Below are positions 24,045 to 36,304 of a stretch of 50,629 nt of DNA, piece by piece. Every line of letters starts with the position of its first letter. Positions within the stretch are counted from its first letter, which is position 1. The position numbers were made by a program, and so were the translations under genes. The DNA is from Asterionella formosa (taxonomy: Eukaryota): NCBI GenBank assembly GCA_002256025.1, contig NKIB01013845.1, forward strand, positions 1 to 50,629. Direction: 5' to 3'. The notes below the pieces were generated by a model. It saw only the letters and a list, made by a program, of their open reading frames with translations, made no database searches and was not told the DNA's origin.

Positions 24045-25000
24045 AAGAGGCTCATGGATGTTATTTTGAACTCAATGAGGCTCGATTCACTGATGTTGAA
24101 GTAATCTTGGGCTTTGTGTCAAGCTACAAGTGTATGCTGTACATAAATTTAACTAAATTGGTAACAAAAGTCAACTCAACGAGAATGTTATGCTTTTGAA
24201 GCTCGTTACACCTGTGGTTGACATGATGACATTCTGACTATTTATTGATATTTAGGTGATGTAAACACTCCCTCCTACCGTATTACCTTAGCTCATGTAT
24301 GCATTACCACCACCATGATCATCAAGTTTATTTGACTATTACCAGTGCATAGTACCGGCATGTCCATTTTGATATTACTTACTGCAATGGATGTGTTGCT
24401 CAGTAATAGTATCGTGTATATCGGTAGATGTGTACAGGTAGTTAGTTCTCCTACTTAGCAACACGTAAAATTTACGTGCGTTCAAACCCGACAGGAATTG
24501 ATTTCATTCATGTCAAATGTATGTGTAACACCACGAATGCCTATGTATTATTCGTGCATCCCGGCGTAATACGTGCTGTGTTCATATATAATGTACCCAC
24601 CTTGGATTGTTTTTGTATTTTTATGCATCATGGCTGATTTGTTTGATCAAGTGAACAAAGAACGCTGCACCATGATGCATCAAGCAAACAATTAGGCGAA
24701 CAAAAAAATTTCAAAAATTTGCTGGGGACGAAGCATGCAATCCCATCAAGATGAAATACGAGCCAGCAACCGGGACATGGCCAATACCGGGAACAAGAAA
24801 GTCTATCTTGTGTCTTGACGAAAATTAGTCAAGACATTACATTCACGATGAACAAACCGGTGTCATCAATTTCGGGACGACCGGCACATTTAAAGTGCGT
24901 CTGCCATATTTTGACTAACGAACGAAGTAGTAAAGAAATCCTTAAAGATTTCTGTTAACGTAGCGTTTGTTGAACAATTTCCGTCAGGATCACAGGTTTG

Positions 25001-26578
25001 CTAAACATCAGCTGCTCTTTTATCTCGCAACATTTCAGCCGCATCCATCATACCCAGGAGGAGCTCACTTGCCGGGTCATTCTTCAGGGCGATTCGGATC
25101 CATTGAATGGCCCGAGGGACATATTCCTGTGCAAATCTAGGGGATCGCATCGACAGCACAATGGCGATTTGAGCAGCCTTGACACGAGCATCATATCCAG
25201 CCAATTGCAAGGGTGCCCAAGCGTTTGGTTGCAGGTCAGAATCACCAATTCTGTCCAATGCAGTTTCAAGCCACCGTAACGATGCTCGAGACTGACCTTT
25301 GTTATCCAAATCACAAGCCAAGCCATATGCCGCTTTGTAACAAGGCTGGTACAAACGCGATGTTACTGCCAACCGTCGTCTCGCTTCAGCAAAGTCACCA
25401 CGTAATGCAAAGACACTGCCCATATCCAACTGCAACTGATGATCGTTGGGTGCAATGTGCAAGCCTTCTTGCAATGCTTGAAATGCTGATTGCCAATCAC
25501 CAGCTTGTTTGGCTCGCGTCCCATGGGCATGACATCGTCTTGCAAGTTGTGGGTGTTTTGACGATAATAAGAACAATACAAGGACCCATCGTTGACCCTT
25601 GTCAATGGATCGTCCAGCATGCATGGCGCCACCAGCATGGCACATGACATGTCCCTGTTGATTTCTTATGGTCTCTTGGCCATTTTGATGATTCAACGCT
25701 TGAAAATATGTTCCACCACCCTCGTAATCTTCAAATGGAGATAGGGCTACATTCAAACTCAAAATCGATGAATCACGATGCAGTGGTTGTGCTTGAGTTG
25801 GAGTACCAAAGTATCCATACCCAATAATTAGTGCATCATGCAACGTCAAATCCTTGGCATGGCATTTAAATCTTGATTCAAGTAGTGGTAACAGTGTATC
25901 GCGCATGGTTGTTTCCAACCATGCTCGTGCTTTTGGTAAGGTCGATACCCGAGCTTCACCAAGTTGGCTATTTCTAGGTTGTTGTTGTTGTTGTATTGTT
26001 GTTGTTGTCGTTATCATTGATTCGTCGTCATTGAAGGATTGAGGGAGGGATTCTTTCAATCCACACGTGATGAAATCTCGTGCTTCGTCAATTAATTCTT
26101 GACACGTTTGTTTCGAAAACACCGGTCGTTTGGTTTGAAAGATGCAATCTCCATTTGTTAATGAAAATTCATCAGGACCTGCATTTCCAATTCCCACACT
26201 GTAGGATATAAAGTCTGAATCACTCCAAGGATTATTATAGTCGTGGGAGAGTGTCTCGGATGACTTGTCGGGCGTTGATGTTTTGAATGTATCGAATCCA
26301 GTGGCAATTTCTTGTTCATGTTCCTCAAGTGCCAATGATTGGAATGTAGTTGCAGGTGTAGCAGGAGTATGAGGGGTACTGGTACTGATAGTTGCATCAT
26401 GAATAGAAAAAGGCTGAAACACCAGCAAACGAGTACCGGCGGTAGTGGTGGACCGATGAAACGAGAATGGAGCACTCCAACAAAAGGCATGCAACACACA
26501 TGTTGATGTTATTGAAGAATAGGCGGATAGATATACGAATGCTCGATAACCAGCATTAGCTGTTCTTGACCACTTCAT
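25001..26578 (-). CDS. 2OG-Fe(II) oxygenase (prolyl/lysyl-hydroxylase-like) with C-terminal TPR-like helices
   Basis: QPLHRDSS, SLNVALS, DYEGGGT, HAG, RWVLVLF, then TPR-like repeats. N-terminal hydrophobic segment with LHA-F followed by a Ser/Thr-rich region. Confidence 0.8.
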   Translation of the reverse strand: MKWSRTANAGYRAFVYLSAYSSITSTCVLHAFCWSAPFSFHRSTTTAGTRLLVFQPFSIHDATISTSTPHTPATPATTFQSLALEEHEQEIATGFDTFKTSTPDKSSETLSHDYNNPWSDSDFISYSVGIGNAGPDEFSLTNGDCIFQTKRPVFSKQTCQELIDEARDFITCGLKESLPQSFNDDESMITTTTTIQQQQQPRNSQLGEARVSTLPKARAWLETTMRDTLLPLLESRFKCHAKDLTLHDALIIGYGYFGTPTQAQPLHRDSSILSLNVALSPFEDYEGGGTYFQALNHQNGQETIRNQQGHVMCHAGGAMHAGRSIDKGQRWVLVLFLLSSKHPQLARRCHAHGTRAKQAGDWQSAFQALQEGLHIAPNDHQLQLDMGSVFALRGDFAEARRRLAVTSRLYQPCYKAAYGLACDLDNKGQSRASLRWLETALDRIGDSDLQPNAWAPLQLAGYDARVKAAQIAIVLSMRSPRFAQEYVPRAIQWIRIALKNDPASELLLGMMDAAEMLRDKRAADV

Positions 26579-26795
26579 TTTGCCACCGGTTTTGTTCGGT
26601 TGTTACCGGTAGCTGCTATAGAGCGAGATGTTGCTTTCCTTCGATGTTGGTAATTACGGTACCCTGGTACCTGGTACCACCATGATGGCGCTCGGAATAT
26701 ACAAATGTGCGTACTTCCGGTCGTAGCGTCCTCCGAGGGTGGGCGAAAGAAACGACCCTCGTAGTACCTGGTACCTGGTACCAGGGGGTACCAGG

Positions 26796-26989
26796 TGAAG
26801 TATCTAACTAGAAGTAGTAGTATTGTTGAATATATGAGCTTATTAATTAATCCTTATGTACAACTCATTTCCTGAACTGACATCAAAGTATAGAATGGGT
26901 GTTAGTCGAGTTCTCTCATTATTGAATTCCGATATATTTGATATAACCCTAACCCTATATACATCTGTATCGATGTGCAGGATTGCTCA
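26796..26989 (-). repeat. 3' LTR (194 bp)
   Basis: Differs from 31780-31974 by one T indel and one C/T substitution. Confidence 0.97.
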
Positions 26990-27002
26990 CTCTCCCACAC
27001 TT
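26990..27002 (-). other. Polypurine tract of the gypsy element
   Basis: Minus strand AAGTGTGGGAGAG immediately precedes the 3' LTR. Confidence 0.8.
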
Positions 27003-27015
27003 GAGGGAAAACCTT

Positions 27016-30000
27016 TTACCTATGAAAAGGTTTGATACGACGAATATTAATTCGTCCTGTAATGTGCATAGTGCGTTGAAAAGTAACTGTACCATTGGCA
27101 TGTACTTGAATAATAGTATAAGGACCTCATCCACGATCATCCAACGTAGTAGGATTATCCAATGATATTAAGATCTCGTCACCCACCTTGTAATCATAAG
27201 ATCAACGACGGAAATTAACACGATGTAAACGTTCATCAATTATCACTTGTCGACGTTGGTATATTAATTGTAAATCTGTAATCAAAGGAATATTTAATAT
27301 CATAGTATCACGTTGAAAAACCCATGCCCCTGGTGAAATACGTAATATACTATGAATAGTAGCTCAAGCTGCATATGACGCAGCTGCAAAACATGTATCC
27401 ACAATATTTTGGGCTTGAAATTCATTGATTGGAAGATGAGCCTTTAACACAACTCATAGACTATTGCTGATAGATTGATGTAAACGTTCACAGATAGCAT
27501 TTGCTTGTGGATTCTTTACTTTAGTAGTAACATCTTTGATTCCATTCAATACTAACATGTGTAAGAAAGGAGCACCAGTAAATTCACCTCCATTGTCATG
27601 TATACAACGTTCTGGACGGGGATATCTGGCTAACCAATCATTTTCAAATTTCATTGCAATATATTCTGATGTTTTATTGGTGATACGTGAAATTTCTGCT
27701 AAATTGGTGATTGTGTCAATACAAGTTAGAGCACGAAATTCAATCGTTTGAGCAGCCACTGTTATCTTCCATGGACCAATTAGATCTACTGCGACTTCTG
27801 ACCATGGTAATAATAATGCATTCCTGGGTGGAAGTTCACCAAAACCAGTACCAGGTAATTTTGTACGTTGACATGCTTCACATACTCTTACAATATGTTC
27901 CACTCTTGCTTTTAATTTTTAATGTAGGGTGATAAAAATGTGTAGCAATTGTGGCATTTAATCTTGTCATACCCACATGAGCTAACATCTGATGATACCA
28001 ATTAATAATAGGATCCAATAATGATGTAGGAATAGCAATACGCCAAGTATCTCCTGGATTCTTCACAAAACATATTAAAAATATATGATGAAAATTGATA
28101 GAAGGAAATTTTAATGGATGTGTTTGTTGATTGAGAATCAATTGTATATCCAGCAATTGTCTATCATGTATTAAATTATAATCCAAGGGATATTGAATAT
28201 TGTCTGTCAAGATGGGATGATTAAGGAAACACGTAAGCAAAGGTTTATCATCTAATTCAATTGAAAAAGTAGAAGTGGAAGTTGATGTTGGAGATTTCGG
28301 TCCAATATCAATATCATCCCCCACCAAAGACTCAAGCCTCGGGAGGCGAGAGATGGAATCTGCAATAGCATTGTCAGTCCCTTTCACGTAGTGAAAAGTA
28401 AGTCTCCATCGTAGAACACGTTGAGTATGTAAAGTATTATAAATAAGATTTCGATGATCAGTGTGAACATGTAGAACTGCGCCCAATAACATAGAGCGAA
28501 ATTCTTTGAAAGTTTCTACCACAGAAAGTAATTCTTTTTCAATAGTAGTATAATTCTTTTGAGCAGCAGATAATTTGCGAGAATAATAAGCAACTGGGAG
28601 ATCATTTTGCATAATGACCGACCCTAATTGATAATCAGAGGCATCAGTAAAGATATGAAAAGGAAGATTATGGTCAGGATATCACATGAGTGTATCTGCA
28701 ACTAACAATGCTTTCATTTCTTCAAAAGCTTGTTGATGGATAGGTAACCAGACAAATGGACTAGTTCCAATTAAATCCGTAAGTGGTCCAAGAACATGAG
28801 ATCGTCTAGGAAACCTGTCTCGATAGTAAGTAACAGCACCGAGAAATGATCGAACTTGTTTAAGATTGGTAGGTGAAGACATATTAATCAATGCTCGGAC
28901 CTTTTTAGACCAAGGTTTCAGTCCATTAGGAGTTCACCAATAGCCTAACCAATCTGTCTCTTGGACGGCCCATTCACACTTAGATGGATTAATTTTAAAA
29001 CCATTTGTCTGTAAACGATGTAAAATAGTGTCCAATAAATGAAGGTGATCCGAAAAATTCATTGAAAAACAACCCACATCATCAATATAAATTTCCACAT
29101 CATCTAAATCACTAAGGATCTGTTCCATAGTTTCTTGTGCAATGTCAGATGATTGTTTCACCCCCATAGGCAGGCGTAAATATTTATATAAACCAAATGG
29201 AGTTGAAATAACACACAAGTTTTGACTCTCCACATCCAATGCAAAAGTATAGTATTGCATGGAAACATCCAATTTGGTGAAAAATACATATCCAGCACGT
29301 TTAGTGAGAATAGTTTGTATTCGAGGCAAAGGATATATATTGCGATTGATGACTTTATTAAGTTCACGAAAATCTGATACCCATCGGACACTTCCATCCT
29401 TTTTTTTGAATAATAAAGGTGGGAGATGCCCATTTAGAAGCACCACATTTTTGTAGGACTCCAATCTCACATAATCGTTGTAATTCGGTTTTGAAAACTT
29501 CTAAATGAATATGAGCGACCGGATATGCTGGTTGATGACGAGGGACAGCATTTGATAATAATTCCAAATGTGCCTGTTTATGAGGATAGACTTTAATTTG
29601 CCATCAAATAATGTTTGATATTTAACCAATATAGTTCGTAAACATGATCGTTTTATTGTTGTCAAATGTATCTGTTTATCCACCACTGTATCAATATTTA
29701 CGTAATTATATTCAGCAGCTTTAATTTCCAGCGCATAAGAAGATTCCACAATCATAGGTGCATCGAAATATAATAATACATCTCGTAAACGTTCTCTATC
29801 ATCAAAGAATGTGAGAGGATGCATAGGAACAATCATATCCATACAGGACATGGTGTTATTTACGAAATCAATGGTTAAACCAACTTGATGGAGGAAATCA
29901 CGTCCTAAAATAACATCAAATGTGCATAGAGCATTAAAAAGACTTGACACTTTTGTTGTAAAATATGAGCGGATCGATTAAATTCTGGTAGAATCAGGTC

Positions 30001-31740
30001 ATATAGCATGACACTAGCATGAGATGAATAAGTACCAGCTATGGTATGTGTTAATTGGGAAGTCTCATCAGACAAAGAAATACCTTGAGGCATAACCCGT
30101 TCATGTATTAAGGATAACGATCCTCCACTATCGAATAATACTCGTAGTATTTTATGTATCAGTATATCATCCACCAATCTTGGAGCTAAAAGGGACATCG
30201 GAATCAAATCAATTGATGTTAATATATCCTTAGAAGTAAAACAGGAAACCGGAATTGGGCCCTGATATGTATGTGGAACATCATGTCCATCAATACAGTT
30301 ATATATATCCCGCTTTACAGTAACAGCGGTATCCATAGTATATTCAACCTGTAAGTAAACAATATTATTCAGGTGATGACTAACGTGAGATATACTCAAC
30401 GAGTCATTATAAAAAGCATCGCTATTATCGCACATACCACCTCTGTGATGGCGATCAGCAATCTGCTGTTGTGTAGTAGGGACAAAAGTCACTATCTGAC
30501 CAGCAGGAGGGTTCGTGACCACTGAAATTTCCTGGGCAGATGTATTCTCGGTAGAATCGGCACGTGGCACGGTACCCCAACCGGATGGATGAGTATTACG
30601 ACCCCATGTATTAAACATACGAACATGTGGAACAGACACAGGGTTAGCAGTGTCAGTATGGTAGCTTTCCGTAGGATTGCTATGTGAACCGCCTCCACGA
30701 CCACCAAAATGTCCTCGTCTACCGAAACTGGAACGGCCATGTCCATTATGACGACCAGCCATGCGACCTGCTCGACCACCTTGAGTACGAGGATTCTGGA
30801 AACAATTGCCCCAAGTATGTGCACCTTCAGGATGTACCGGGCAAGGACCACGATAATCATGGTACGTACAACTGGCTTGTAGAGCTTGATGACGAACAGT
30901 CGCCTTACGATCCCATGCGCGTCCGGCTGCATTGACAATAGCACGCGCTCTTCCACGACCACTTGGAGTAAAATTATCGTTGTAGAATTGACGACTGAGA
31001 CGCTCGTTTTCTTGACGCATCACACGATTGCCTTCAGCAATGCGAAGACGGTTTTGTGTGATTGTTTGAAAACTGTTCTTGGGAAGATGCTTGTTTCGGT
31101 CCTTAAACGATTGTTGACTCTCGAAGTAAGCGAGAACCGAGCGAATCGATTGGTCTGAAGTCTTCGCATGATTTAATTCAAACTCTTGTTGCCACTCATC
31201 GGGCATAGAACGGATAATGATAATCCGCATATCTTCTTTTGACAATCCGTTTTGATCTTCTGGATGAGGCATTAGTTGAAGTAGCCTGTTTAAAGTTTTA
31301 ATACGAGCTCCGAAATCCATTACCAACATAGAAAAGGGTTTAGATAAATAACGTAGCATCCATTGTCGTTGACGTTGAAAACTCTCATTTGGTAAACAAT
31401 TGTCTAACCATAAAACCATCGCTTCATCGAAACTATCGTAAGATTGATCTTCTGGGTGTACTTCCACATTCAACCAATCTGATAAGGCAATGTCGGTCAA
31501 ACACCTTTTAAAGTAGGAAAAGGTATCTGCAGGGCTAAAGGCACATGTGTTAGCCATGTCACGAAATTGACTCACTCCAATTAACAATGCTTCCACCGAG
31601 CTTCCATCGATCATATCTTGATCAAACGATTCAAACCTTCCACCGGTTAAAGCAACTCTGAATGTTTTAGTCTTGATAGTCAATACATTGTACTAGTCTT
31701 TGATCAAAGGAATCACAGGAACCCTTGAATACATTGCCAT
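27016..31740 (-). pseudogene. gag-pol polyprotein, disrupted
   Basis: ATG 31740 with TAG at codon 16; Zn knuckle CPVHPEGAHTWGNC; protease LFDSGG...ILGRDF; RT YIDD; RNase H FTDASD...TDHRNL; integrase HHCC, VDLIGP, HDNGGEF, CERLH, GPY; ends RRIKPFHR*. At least 7 stops and 4 frameshifts. Confidence 0.95.
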
Positions 31741-31779
31741 GTTTGTTGTCTTCTAATTCGACTCTTTTTGAATTCAAAG

Positions 31780-31974
31780 TGAAGTATCTAACTAGAAGTA
31801 GTAGTATTTGTTGAATATATGAGCTTATTAATTAATCCTTATGTACAACTCATTTCCTGAACTGACATCAAAGTATAGAATGGGTGTTAGTCGAGTTCTC
31901 TTATTATTGAATTCCGATATATTTGATATAACCCTAACCCTATATACATCTGTATCGATGTGCAGGATTGCTCA
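31780..31974 (-). repeat. 5' LTR (195 bp)
   Basis: Near-identical to 26796-26989; contains a TATATA box and TAGGGTTAGGGTTA on the element strand. Confidence 0.97.
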
Positions 31975-32237
31975 CCAGGTACTTACCGGTACTCGGCGGA
32001 GTGTCAGGTATGGCAGTACCAGGACCTGCTACTGTGTCAAAATGTGTCTGTTAGGCTGTTGATGTCGACAGGTGTCCGAAGACTAGATGTAGTCTGAGGA
32101 ATGTCTAAACAGAAGAAGACAGGATTTATATATGTAGCAGACTAAACAATATGCAGACAAGTGGCACGAGAAAGATCTTGACCGGTCATCCAAGGGCAGT
32201 ACTGGAGCGGCCATGCTATGTATGTAAAAGGAGCACC

Positions 32238-32340
32238 ATATGGCTGGGTGCACAACGACTAAAGTTTGGGTAGCCATAGTACTAGAGCTGGTATGTTATT
32301 TTTTAGCTTTCAGTTGGATGCCAATTCTATCATGCCATTA
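32238..32340 (+). repeat. Inverted copy of the right end of the Tc1-like element
   Basis: ATATGGCTGGGTGCAC (32238-32253) is the exact reverse complement of 44387-44402; TTGGGTAGCC and further patches also align. A weaker third copy lies near 34888. Confidence 0.6.
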
Positions 32341-32676
32341 CACTTGCTTCATTCCCTCTGACAATGGTGGTGAATATCTCCAGATCTACTTTGTCATTAG
32401 ACCTGCCATGGTTGTATTCCAACTTATTTCCACAAATTGTTCATTGTTGCCAACTGTTGCAATTATTCTTGACTTTCTATCAGTCAATCTTTAGCAAGTC
32501 TAATCTCACAATTTCTAGAACTTACTTCCAAAGTACATCATTTAGATTATCCTTAGACTATAGTCTGTTCTCATACATTGAGATACCTATTATTGCAGGT
32601 TATTAGAGCCCTCTTCCATTTCCATCATCAATATTCTATCCCAGTCTTCTCTTTCTTCTTCCTTCCGCTTGCGAAG

Positions 32677-33486
32677 ATGATTACACCCACCCCATCCATC
32701 TCTGGAAGCCTTGGCAGCGCTCGCCCTTTTGGTCCCCTTCCATCCCCGCCTGCTCTCTCTGTTTGCCATGTCTCTACCCCTCCTGGAACCATCACCAAAC
32801 TCTATCGCTACCTCTTCTCCTCCACTGCTCCTGCACCTGCTGTTCCTCCTATCCCTTTGGAGGTCAGTTGTTCAGATTAACCCTGTGGTGCAGTCGTTCA
32901 CTTCTTCTCCAGTCACCCCCTACTGCTTAGCTATCCTCTCGTCACTGTTGTGGCCATTGACCGGTATGATCCTCTGCAGCTTCTCTACACTGTTCGCCGC
33001 TCAGATGGCGTTCTTATCGACACTGATTCTCGTTGTCTTCACGCCCTTTCTGCTCACCCTGTTGCCTTCCTAGTCGACATGGCTGTCCTCTACTCCAAAC
33101 ACTATTCCTCGACTCTCCCGTGCATTGTTAAGGCTGCCAATCACCCCAACAACTATAGTACGCTCCGCACTCCTGACGCCCAGCTTATTCACACTGTTTT
33201 CAAACACATCAGCCTTGACCTCCACCACGCCACCCTTGTCCCCCCTTCTTCCTTGCCCTTCCCCGGTTGTCGTTCCTTTCTCAATTTTTTCTCCCGGGAC
33301 AAAGCAGGTCCTTTTGTCTGTTCACCACCTCTCTCTTTGGGATACATCTATGATGTCATCAAATTCTTTGCTGAAATTTTCCGCTTTGTTGACCACTTTT
33401 CTCGCCTGGCAGTAGTAAAGAGGATTTATGTGGGGCTGTTCTATTTGCTCTATCTCCTTGTCCTGATGTTCATTTTTTCCGATTGA
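32677..33486 (+). pseudogene. Unknown pyrimidine-rich ORF with one internal stop
   Basis: ORFs 32578-32880 and 32950-33486 are in the same frame, separated only by TAA at 32878-32880; ATG at 32677. Confidence 0.35.
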
Positions 33487-33919
33487 TCAACGTTTTGCGC
33501 CGTGATTTTATTCTCCAACAAGGCCCATTCTCCCCTACTTTCTCTGCTGCCGTCCAACTTGCTGATTTTCTTCGCAAATCTACCGTTTCCGAATATTCCC
33601 TTCTTTCCAGAAAACCGATACAATCTATATATGTTAAGAGTGAACTAAAATAGTTTCGACAACTTCCATAATTATTTTAGAAACCCACATAATTTTTGGG
33701 GCCAACTAACAATATTTTTGTATGTCTGATCAAACTAATTTCTGGATCAATGACCACGATTTTTGTTCGCAACTATCAACTATAATTTCTATGAATGAGC
33801 AAAGAAAAATGGAAATACTATTGCAATATTAATATTTTTGTTGCATCTTACAAAACTATATTTACATTACATGACTAGCTGGTGACACTGCTAATACCAG
33901 TGGTTGCACAACAATGATG

Positions 33920-34480
33920 AACACGCAAAACTTTCTTGTTCTTACCTCGTTTTGCTATATCTGAGCTTCCACGCATAATTTTCAATTCTGTAGAACAAGG
34001 TAGATCACTTGTGTTAGTGTTGGCAAGAATAATCAAAAGGCAAGACAATAAATGAAATATAGACAACATACAAACAAGAAAGCGTCAACATAAAAACTTT
34101 CAAAACAACCTCCATTCAAAATTGAATCACGAAATGTACAGCATTAGCGGCTGCAACAGTCGTAGCATCTGGCTGATTGTAGTTGGCTGATTCAAGGATG
34201 GCTGACAAGCAACGATTCCTACAAATAGGGGAGATATAAAAGCAATATGTTAGAGTGGCTTAATTGATAATACAACGATTGACACGCAAAACAATATTGG
34301 TTGGCAGTCCATACCTCATTTATCTGAGCTTCCACGCATAATTTTCAATTCTGTAGAACAAGGTAGATCACTTGTGTTAGTGTTGGCAAGAATGACCAAA
34401 AGGCAAGACAATAAACAAGATTACAAACAACATGCCAAAACAAAAGGCACCAACATCAAAACTTTAAAAACGAGCTCATT
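33920..34480 (-). repeat. Direct duplication containing splice-bounded mini-exon-like units
   Basis: 73-bp exact repeat at 33958-34030 and 34321-34393 with diverged flanks. On the minus strand each has TTCTACAG| and |GTAAG or |GTATG. Confidence 0.7.
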
Positions 34481-36304
34481 CATGACAGAATCATGAAATT
34501 TCTTTCATGATAGGATTTAATTTAACAAGAAGGAAGGGATGTAAGAAGAAGCAGCTCAGAGTGTGCATCAAACTTACCGTGCAGAGGACATCATAGTCAA
34601 TGCGGTTTTCCATGCTTTCAGCATGATTTTACAATTATGTGGTGCGTGGTGCACAATGAGTATCTTGATCATACTAGTAGAGTACCCGTATACAGTTTTA
34701 TTTTACTTTATAAAATATGGGCGCGGAAAATTGTGCTCATTTCCTAATAGAATGTACCAGACTCCTGGAAAATGAATGCAAAAAATGCTGGCGCGGTCTG
34801 CAGTGTTGTACGAGACTAACATGAGCACCTCTAATTTTACCACCTTTCAACTACCAGTAATACCGGTAGATAGATATAAGGACAAAAAGTATGGCTGGGT
34901 TCATGTTGAGGGTAACCGAGGTAGACCTCGTAAACACTAGTTAATATCATGCGAATCTTTTTACACACGAAACAATACAGTGTAGTTCTTGTGATCAGCT
35001 GCAGCATCCTGCATCATGTCGTCTCAGCCATGACCATGACGAAAATAGCGGAAATCTCTACGGAAGTTGAGAAGGACGCTTTACTGTTTGGTACATATAT
35101 CGAACACGACATAGAAAATACAATTGTAAAAGAATAATTGTAATCCCACTAATATTGACAACGAAAATTGAAATCGCCGATGGCGCCTTAATTTATGTCA
35201 TTTAGAAATGCACAAGTGGAGACGACAATGTTTCTAAGCGATTTGACACTTTCATGGTAGCTGAACAAGGCATAAGGGCAGACTAAGACTATAACAAAAG
35301 AATGATTAGTTGAAGCACAAGATGTGAATTTAATGAGAATTACTTGATTGATTGTACCGGCGATTTGTGAAGTCGTGGATGCAGGTATCAGTGCCAACAA
35401 ATGTATTACCGGCATTCATTGGGAGTTGATACCAAAGAATAATGTGAAAGCGGAAAATATAATAATTGAATCGATATTGGGAACTCTTCATTTAGTTCTG
35501 TGGTGAAACCAGCGTAATATAGCCACGAAGCCGCATAATTTCGTCATCATACTGTAGCAACGGCTAGTTGGTAAGAAAATATTGTTGCGAGCACACATAA
35601 TTATTGGTTTGATCACATAATATTCGATAAGTGAAGTAAATTTTGTTTGAGAACACTTAAATTTTGGTTTGACCCAAATAAATTCCAAAAAAGTAGCATA
35701 AGTTTTTAGAAAAGTAGCATAAATACGTCACTTTAGACATAAATTCGAAAAAGTGCCGTAAACGGCGTCTTAGATGAAGTCGGGGGAACTCGGGATTACT
35801 TTTTTTGACTAAATTTGTAGCAAATCAATATTAATTTCTATCAATGGCTGATAGAAACTTTTCCTAACTAAATTTTCAATGACTCTTTTTACTTAGTATA
35901 TTGAAAATCGAAAAATAAAAATAAATTTGTACTACTGTACATTTTTGTCAAGAAATCGGATGCATAATGTATCAGATGTTCTCACATTTTCGACATGGAA
36001 CACATCATACATGAAACAAACCTTGTATATAGAGCGTTACATATTATATATGCTTGGCATACATACTACTGGGTACTACCAGTACTTTCATGTGTGTTTG
36101 TACAGGTGCCTGTGGTATGGGGTCGATGAGACAGCAACTCCATCATCTTGCCCATGACGAAATTATGGATTTGAATATCTTCACGAATATTGACAATGAA
36201 CAATTACTATTTCGCAGGTGTATGAAGACTAACATACTAGACGAGATTACCGTTCAATAACAACATTTTTTGCACTTGTATTGACAACAAAAAGTTGAAA
36301 TTAA

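Larger units (their letters stand above)
26796..31974 (-). mobile_element. Full-length, disabled Ty3/gypsy LTR retrotransposon with CCAGG target-site duplication
   Basis: TG...CA LTRs at both ends; CCAGG at 26791-26795 and 31975-31979; domain order gag-PR-RT-RNaseH-IN; polypurine tract next to the 3' LTR. Confidence 0.97.

Noticed and set aside
27127..28936. TGA recoding or selenocysteine in pol
   Set aside because: TGA is the normal stop in SCO1, kinase copy 2 and the haloperoxidase; frameshifts co-occur; CGA>TGA decay is simpler.
29930..29945. Programmed ribosomal frameshift in the gypsy element
   Set aside because: The shift falls inside the protease domain at a homopolymer, like two other shifts; mutation or sequencing error is more likely.
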